Assembly (NCBI RefSeq): GCF_009914755.1
Contig: NC_060947.1
Strand: one strand, 5' to 3'
DNA length: 64,000 bases
Origin: the human T2T-CHM13v2.0 reference genome, Homo sapiens
Position 1 is the stretch's first letter, and every line of letters begins with the position of its first letter. The notes beneath the pieces were generated by a model, which was not told the origin of the DNA, did not search any database, and saw only the letters and a list, made by a program, of their open reading frames with translations. This document shows positions 55,652 to 64,000 of the stretch, piece after piece. The position numbers were made by a program, and so were the translations under genes.

Positions 55652-57661
55652 TGAATCTGATAATTATGTGTCTGGGGTTGATCTTCTCATGGAGTATCTT
55701 AATGGTGTTCTCTGTATTTCCTGAAATTGCATGTTAGCCTGTCTTGGTAGGTTGGGGAAATTATCCTGAATAATATCCTGAAGTGTGCTTTCCAGCTTGT
55801 TTACATTCTCCCTGTTTCCTTCCGGTACTCCAATCAATTGTAGATTCAGTCTTTATATGAAGTCCCATATTTATTGGAGGCTTTGTTCATTCCTTTTCAT
55901 TCTTTTTTTTTTTTCTATTCTTGTCTGTAGGTCTTATTTCAGTAAGGTGGTCTTCAAACTCTGATATCTTTTCTTCTGTTTGGTCGATCTGGCTGCTGAT
56001 ACTTGTGTACGCTTCATGAAGTTCTCATGCTATATTTTTCAGCTCCATCAGGTCATTTCTGTTTCTCTCTAAACTGGTTGTTCTAGTTAGCGATTACTCT
56101 AACCTTTTATCAAAGTTCTTAGCTTCTTTGCATTGGGTTAGAACATGCTCATTTAGCTCATCATAGTTTTTTATTACCCATCTTCTGGAGCCTACTTCTA
56201 CCAATTCATCCATCTCATCCTCCATCCAGTTCTGTGCCCTTGATGGAGAGATGTTGCACTCATTTGGAGGAGAAAAGGCACTCTGGCTTTTTGGGTTTTC
56301 AGCATTTTTTTTTATTGATTCTTTCTCATCTTCATGAGTGTGTCTAGTTTTAGTCTTTGAGGCTGCAGACCCTTGGATGGGGTTTTTGTGGGGGCCTTGT
56401 TGTTGTTGTTGTTGCTGTTAATGCTGTTGCTTTAACTTTCTGTTTGTTTTTCTTTCAATACTCAGGTCCCTCTTCTGGAGGGCTGCTGCAGTTTGCTGGG
56501 GTTTGCTTGAGACCTTATTCATCTGATTTCTTCCCATGCCTGGAGATGTTACTCAAGGGTGCTGGAGAGCAGCAAAGATGGGTGCCTTCTCCTTCTTCTG
56601 GGACCTCTAACCTTGAGGGGCACCAACCTGATGCCAGTAGGATTGCTCCTGTATAGGGTGTCTGACAACCCCTGTTGGGGGGTCTCACTCAGTTGGGTGG
56701 CAGTTGGGGAGCAGGACCCTTTTAAAAAAGCACTTTGTCCCTTGGTGGAGAGGGTGTGCTTTGCTAGTGTGGGAACCCACTCATCTGGGATGCCCGGATT
56801 CCTCAGAACTACCAGGAGGAGAGGGTAAGTCTACTGGTCTGCAGAGACTGTGGCCACCCCTCCACTTAGGGGCTCAGGCCCAGGGAGATCTGACTTCTGT
56901 CCCTGAGCCTCTTGCCAGAGTTATTGGAGACCCTGCAGGGAAGACCTGTCCAATGAGGAAGGATTGGTTGGAGTAAGCCTGAAAGGGCACTCTGGCCACA
57001 GACTGCCACAGCTGGTGTGTTAGGCTGTGGGGACAAGTCTTGCGAACAAGCTATCCAGCCTCCCTGGCTCCAGCAGGGGAAAGGCACAGCCTGGAGCTAT
57101 AGAAATGGGTGTCACCCTTCCCTTGCCCAGGGAGCTTAGTGTGATGCAACTGCTTAGGCAGTTGCAAGTCCCAGTACTGGCTGCTGCCCCTCCCTCAAGG
57201 AGCTCAAAAGAATGAGACAGGGACAGGTGATGGTGGTTGCCCCTTTCCCCAGGAGTTCAGTAGGCTTAAGCAGATTCCTGCTGAGAGACTGTAAGAATCT
57301 GTGCATTCTGGATTTGGGATACTAGGCCTTAGTGGTGTGGGTTGATAAGTGGGAACTTCTGATTCGTGGGTTGCACAGTTCCATGGAAAAAACACAGTTT
57401 CCCTGGCTGGATAGTGTGCTCACTCACCGCCTCCCTTGGCTGGGGGAAGAGAGTTCCCCTTCCCTGTGTGGCTCTCAGGTAGGCCACGGCACCACACTGC
57501 TCTTCCTTCTCTCCATGGATCTAGCCAGCCTTCTAGTCAATTTTGATGAGAGTACCTGGATATCTTGGTTGCTGGTGAAGGATTCACATGCTTATTATGG
57601 TTTTATCCTTGAGAGCCTGGGAACACAACTGCTTCTAGTCAGTCATCTTGGCCCCGCCCCC
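55652..57661 (-). mobile_element. L1PA8-like 5'UTR + N-terminal ORF1 only
   Basis: antisense ORF1 and GC-rich 5'UTR ending GTCATCTTGGCCCCGCCCC; 3' two-thirds missing. Confidence 0.87.
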
Positions 57662-57774
57662 TCAATAATTTTCTTTTAAAAACTTTAGTCTGGATATAAA
57701 AATAAATATTTGGCAAATAATTATTTTTTAATTTTAAAAATAAAGCATAAATTTGATGATTTTTATTATTATTC

Positions 57775-58800
57775 TAAATTAATAATCATAGTGTGATACT
57801 GGCAATAAGAACTGATATATACATCAGTGTAACAAAGTTGAAAATCCAGAACTAAATCCATGTACTTATGACAATTTTCATTTGAAAATTCTTATTTATT
57901 TTTACTTTTTATGGATACATAATAGTTGTACATATTTATGGGTACATGTGATATTTTGATATAAGCATACAATGTGTAGTGGCCAAACCTGGATAACTGG
58001 TATGTATCTTAACTCAAAAACATTGAGGTTTTTGAAAAAAAAGACAGCATTTCAAATCTTCTCTTCTAGCTATATTGAAATATACAATAAATTATTAGGT
58101 ATAGTTGCACTATTGTGCTATTGAACACTAGACCTTATTCCTTCTACCTAACTGTATTTTTGTACCCATAAACCAACTCCTCCTTATAACCCACTCACTA
58201 CTCTTCTCAGCCTCTGGTAACCACCATTCTATTCACTACATCCCTGAGAGCAATTTTTTTAGCTCTCACATATGGGTGAAAACATGCAGTATATGTCTTC
58301 GTGTTCCTGGCTTATTTCATTTAACATAATCTCCTCCAGTTCCCTCCATATTGCCACAGATGAAAAGATTTTATTTAATAGTTGCTGAATAATATTCCAT
58401 TGTGTAATATATGTATTTTCTTTATCCACTTATCTATTGATGGACACTTACGTTGATTCCATATCTTGGCTATTATAATTTTTGATAAGGGAACCAAGAC
58501 CGTTCAATAGGGGAAAAAAACAGTCTCTAACAAATGGTTCTGGATAATTGCATATCCACAAGCAAAATAAATGTAATTAGACTTTTACCACTCAAGACAT
58601 GAAAAGTAACTCAAAATGGATTAAAAACCTTAATGTAAGGACTCAAACTAAAAAATCTGTTTGAAGCAAATATGGATGTAAATCTTCATGAACGTGCATT
58701 AAGCAATGGTTTCTTAAGTATATCACTCAAATAAATGACAACCAAAGAAAAGGTGAATGGAACTTCACAAAAATTAGAAACAATTGTATATTACACCGGG
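57775..58800 (+). mobile_element. Old L1M ORF2 3' region, split by an L1MA insertion
   Basis: ATAGTGTGATACTGGCAATAAG...CCATGTACTTATG; resumes TTTTTGATAAGGGAACCAAGACC. Confidence 0.75.
57890..58477 (-). mobile_element. L1MA4/5-like 3' end
   Basis: ATGGATACATAATAGTTGTACATATTTATGGGTACATGTGATATTTTGATA...TTCAAATCTTCTCTTCTAGCTAT. Confidence 0.85.
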
Positions 58801-58827
58801 ACAATTATACATTATACAATTACACAA

Positions 58828-61800
58828 GGAGAAGGAAGAGCAAGATGGCAGAATAGAAGGCTCCACCCATCATCCACCCAACCCTGCAAGGACACCAATT
58901 TAACAGCTACCTACAAACAAACAAAAAGAAACCCTTCATAATAACAAAAAATCAGATGAGCACTCATATTACCTGGTCTTAACTTTCTATCACTGAAAGA
59001 GGAACTGAAGAGGTAGAGAGAACAGTCTCAAATCACTGGTGCTACACCTTCTCCATCCCATTGCAGTGGTGGTGTGGTGCAGATAACTTTCCTGGGTCTG
59101 GGGGAGGAAGAGAACAATTGTGGGACATTAAACTCAGTGCTGTCCTGTTAAAGCAGAAATAAAAAATGGACCAAACTCAGCTGATGCCCACCCACAGAGG
59201 GAACATTTAAACCAGCCTTCGGCAAAGGAAAATCCCCAATCTCAGCAGTCAAAACTCAATCCCTGCAAGCCTCACCACCACAGGCTAAAGTGCTCGAGGC
59301 CTCTAAGTAAATTCAAAAGGCAGACTAGGCTATAAGAACTGCAATTCTTAGACAAGTTTAGTGCTGAACCAGGCTCAGAGGCAGTGGACTTGGGGGGAGA
59401 GGGTCACGCAACGCACTGAGACACCAGCTGGGGTGGCTAATGCAATGCTGGCATTACCCCTTCCCTAACCCCAGGCTGCACAGCTTGTGGCTACAAAAGA
59501 GACCCCTTTCATTCTTCTGAGGAGAAGAGAGGAAAGAGTGAGAAGGAATTTGCCTTGCATCTTGGATACCAGTTCAGACACAGCAGAACAGGGCACCAGT
59601 TAGATGCATGAGGCCCTCATTCAAGGCCCTAGCTCCCAGAAGATATTTTTAGACACAACTTGGGCCAGAAAAAAACCTGCTGTCTTGAAGGAAAGGACCC
59701 AGTCCTGGCAGCATTCATCACCTAATTGAAGAGGCCTTTGGTCCTTAATAACCAGCAGCAATACCCAGGTATTACATTGAAGGCCTTGGGTGAGCCTCTG
59801 ATACATTCTGGCTTTAGGTGAGACTCAGCACATTACCAACTGCAGTGGATTTAGAAAGAAACCCCTTCAGCTTGAGAAAAGCAGAAAAAGTAAAGGGAAT
59901 TTGTCTTGGACTTTAGGTATCAGCTTGGCTACAGTGGGGTAAAGTGCCAAGTGGGTTCTTGAGGACCTCAAATTCAAGAATTGAATATTGAATGTCACTT
60001 TCTGGACCTGCCTTGGGTCAGAGGGGAGCCCATTGCCCTAAAGGGTGAGTCCCAGGCTATGCAGCATTCATCACAAGCTGATGTAAAAGCCCTTGGGTCT
60101 TAAGGGAACATTTGTGATAGGCTGGTAGTATTCCCCATGGGCCTGTGGGGGTGAAGGCTATAAGATGAAGCTCCTCTGCCTTTGGAAAAGGGAGGAAAGA
60201 GTGAGAAAGACTGTGTCTTGTGGTTTAAGTACCAGCTTAGCCACAGTACAATAGAACACTACATAGATTTCTTACATTTTTGACTCTAGCCTCAGACACC
60301 CAGATGGCAGCTCTGGACATATACATTGTTATATACAATGGCCTAGTTATATACAATAGTTATATACTATTGTATATGGCCCCCAGCCATATACAATAGA
60401 CCCTCAGCAAATATCATACTGAATTTGAAAAACTGAAAGCCTTTCCTTAGAGATCTGGAACACCACAATGATGCCCACTTTCTCCACTGTTATTGAGCAT
60501 AGTACTGAAGTCCTAGCTAGAGTAATAAGACAAGAGATAGAAATAAAAGTTATGCAAATTGCAAAGAAACAAGTCAAATAATCCGTTTGCAGGTGATATA
60601 ATCTTATATTTGGAAAAACCTAAAGAGTCTACAATAAAACTATTAGAACTGTTTTGGTACCAATACCATGCTGTTTTGGTTACTGTAGCCTTGTAGTATA
60701 CTCTGAAGCCAGGTAGCATGATGCCTCCAGCTTTGTTGTTTTTGCTTAGGATTGTCTTGGCTATAGGGGTTCTTTTTTGGTTCCTTGTGAAATTTAAAGT
60801 AGTTTTTTCTAATTCTGTGAAGAAAGTCAATGGTAGCTTGATGAAAATAGCATTGAATCTATAAATTACTTTGGGTAGAATGGCCATTTTCATGATACTG
60901 ATTCTTCCTATCCATGAGCACTAATGTTTTTTCATTTGTTTGTGTCCCCTCTCATTTTCTTGAGCATTCGTTTGTAGTTCTCCTTGAAGAAGTCCTTCAC
61001 GTCCCTTGTAAGTTGTATTTCTAGGTATTTTATACTCTTTGTAACAATGATGAATGGAAGTTAACCCATGATTTGCCTCTCTGCTTGTATGTTGCTGGTG
61101 TATAGGAATGCTTGTGATTTTTGCACATTGATTTGTATCTTGAGACTTTGCTGAAGTTGCTTTTCAGCTTAAGGAGTTTTTGGGCTGAGATGATGTGGTT
61201 TTCTTAACATGCAATTATGTCATCTGCAAGCAGAGACAATTTGACTTCCTCTCTTCTTATCTGAATTCCTTTTGTTTCATTTTCTTTCCTGATTACCCTG
61301 GCCAGAACTTTCAATACTAAGTTGAATAGGAGTGGTGAGAGACAGCCACCACACATCTACAACCATCTGTTCTTTAACAAACCTGACAAAAACAAGCAAT
61401 GGAGAAAGGATTCTCTATTTAATAAATGATGCTGGAAAAACTGGCTAGTCATATGCAGAAAACTGAAACTAGACCCTTTCCTTACAAATTGTACATAAAT
61501 TAATTCAAGATGGGTTGAAGACTAAAATGTAAAACCCAAAACCATAAAAACCGTAGAAGAAAACCTAGGCAATATCAATCAGGACATAGGCATGGGCAAA
61601 TAGTTCATGACTACAATACCAATAGCAATTGCAACAAAAGCCAAAATTGAAAAATAGGATCTAATTAAACTAAAGAGCTTCTGCACAGCAAAAGAAACTA
61701 TCATCAGAGTGAACAGGAAACCTACAGAATGAGAGAAAAATTTTGCAATCTATCCATCTGACAAATGTCTAATATCCAGAATCTGCAAGGAACTTAAACA

Positions 61801-64000
61801 AATTTACAAAAAATAGACCAACCCCATCAAAAAGTGGGCAAAGGATATGAACAGACACTTCTCAAAAGAAGACATTTATGCCGACAACAAACATATGAAA
61901 AAAAGTCATTATCTCTGGTCATTAGAGAAATGCAAATCAAAACCAAAATGAGATACCATCTCATGCCAGTCAGAATGGCGATTATTAAAAAGTCAGGAAA
62001 CAACAGATGCTGGAGAGGCTGTGGAATAATAGGAATGCTTTTACACTGTTGGTGAGAGTGTAAATTAGTTCAACCATTGTGGAAGACAGTGTGGTGATTC
62101 CTCAAGGACCTAGAACCAGAAATACCATTTGAACCAGCAATCCCATTACTGGGTATATACCCAAAGGATTATAAATCATTCTACTATAAGGACACATGCA
62201 CATGTGTGTTTATTGCAGCACTATTTACAATAGCAAATACACGGAACCACCCCAAATGCCCATCAGTGATAGACTGGATAAATAAATGTGGCACAGGTAC
62301 ACCCTGGAATACTATGCAGCCATAACAAAGAATGAGTTTATGTCCTTTGCCGGGGCATGAATGAAGCTGGAAGCCATCATTCTCAGCAAACACACACAGG
62401 AACAGAAAAGCAAACCCAGCATTTTTTCACTCATAAGTGGGAGTTGAAGAATGAGAACACATGAATATGGGGTAGGGGGAACATCACACACCCGGGCCTG
62501 TCGGGGTGGGGGGCAAGGGGAGGGAAAGCATTAGAACAAATACCTACTGCATGTGGGGCTTAAAACCTAGATGGCGTGTTTATAGGTGCAGTAAACTACC
62601 AGGGCAAATGTATACCTATGTAGAAAAGCTCACGTCCTGCACATGTATCCTGGAACTTAAAGTAAAATTAAATAAATACATACATAAATACATAAATAAA
62701 ATTTAAAAGAAAAATGATTGGAACTGATAAATTCAGTAAAGCTGCAGGATACAAAATCAATATACAGAAGTCAGTAGCATTTCCAGATGCCAAAGGAGAA
62801 CAATCTGAAAAACAAATTAAAAAGGTAATTTTATTTGTCATATCCACAAATCAAATTAATCACAGATTGGAGGAATTAGTATTCTTAAAATGCCCATACT
62901 GCCTAAAGCAATCTACAGATTCAATACAATCCCTATCAAAATACCAAGGATATTCTTCACAGAAATAAAAATAATGCTAAAATTTATATGGAACCACAGA
63001 AGACCTAGAATAGTCAAGGCTATCCTGAGGAAAAATAACAAAACTGGAGGAATAACATTACCTGGTTTCAAATTATATTACAGAGCTATATTAAACAAAA
63101 AACTTGGTACTGGCATAAAAACAGAAACATAGACCTATGGAACAGAATAGAGAACCCACAGACAAATCCACATACCTATAGTAAACTCATTTTTTTACAA
63201 AAGTGCCTAGAACATACACTAGGGAAAAGATAGTCTCTTCAATAAATGGTGCTGGGAAAACTGGATATCCATATGCAGAAGAGTGAAGGTAGACCCCTAT
63301 CTCTCACCATATACAAAAATCAAAACAAAGTGAATTGAAAACTTAAATTTAATACCTCAAACTATGAACTAGTGTAAGAAAATTTGGGGGAAAATCTTGA
63401 AGATATTGGTCTGAGCAAAAATTTCTTGAGCAATATACCACAAGCACAGGCAACCAAAGCAAAAATGGACAAATGGATTCACATCAACTTAAAACACTTT
63501 TGCACAGCAAAAGAAACAATCAGCAAAATGAAGAGACAACCTACAAAATGGGAGAAAATATTTGCAAACTACCTATCTGACAAAGGATTAATAACCAGAA
63601 TACATAAGGGGCTCAAACATCTCTATAGGAAAAAAAATCTAATAATGCAATTAAAAATGGGCAATATATTTGAATAGACGTATTTTTTTGTTTGTCTAGT
63701 CCAACAAATGTCAAACAAACACACCTAGAGTGAACTCACATATGGTGAAACACACCTATAGTGAACAACTATTTATTTGCCATTTGTTTTAATAGTAAAA
63801 CAAATGCCAAACAGACATATGAAAAGGTGTTCAACATCATTGATTATCAGAGAAAAGCACATCAAAACTACAATGAGATGTGATCTCACCCTAGTTAAAA
63901 TGGCTTATATCCAAAACATAGGCAATAACAAATAGTGGCAAAGATGTGGAGAAAAATGAAACGCTAGTACACCATTGGTGGGAATGTAAATTAGTACAAG
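58828..64000 (+). mobile_element. L1MA1-3-like LINE-1: 5'UTR (58828-60318), large internal deletion, ORF2 (60385-60651, 62711-64000)
   Basis: GAGCAAGATGGCAGAATAGAAGGCTCCAC 5' start; ORF2 remnants 62890-63132, 63384-63677. Confidence 0.85.
60652..62710 (+). mobile_element. L1PA8-like insertion with 5' inversion (twin priming): inverted 60652-61343, forward 61344-62710
   Basis: antisense ORF2 then sense ORF2/3'UTR (GCATGTGGGGCTTAAAACCTAGATG); TSD AAAACTATTAGAACTG 60636-60651 / AAAATGATTGGAACTG 62711-62726. Confidence 0.92.

Noticed and set aside
56357-57679. Cluster of GC-rich ORFs suggesting a gene or CpG island (also 7467-8503)
   Set aside because: All fall within L1 5'UTRs and are CpG-depleted.

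Overview
Primate (human/ape-like) AT-rich, gene-poor intergenic or intronic DNA, dominated by retroelements. I can support no intact protein-coding gene, RNA gene or CRISPR array. Almost every listed ORF is a decayed LINE-1 ORF1/ORF2 piece, Alu antisense read-through, HSMAR1 transposase remnant or low-complexity artefact. Contents: Alus (one AluY), many L1s of different ages (L1PA4 to L1MB), MaLR LTRs, a truncated HERV-K LTR5A, a near full-length HSMAR1 mariner, MER/Tigger DNA transposons, MIR/L2/L3 relics, and a ~5.9 kb (TA)-derived compound VNTR with palindromic sub-arrays. The most unusual structure is an ~8.4 kb block (44447-52890) carrying ancient MIR/L2/MER5/MER47 relics. It sits inside a much younger L1PA7, is bounded by an exact 12-bp direct repeat (AGCTCATAAGTT) and ends in a cut LTR5A. 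This implies a captured or duplicated genomic segment rather than normal nested transposition. Several junctions show templated direct/inverted filler typical of polymerase-theta end joining. Subfamily calls are by eye from remembered consensus diagnostics and need RepeatMasker/Dfam confirmation.
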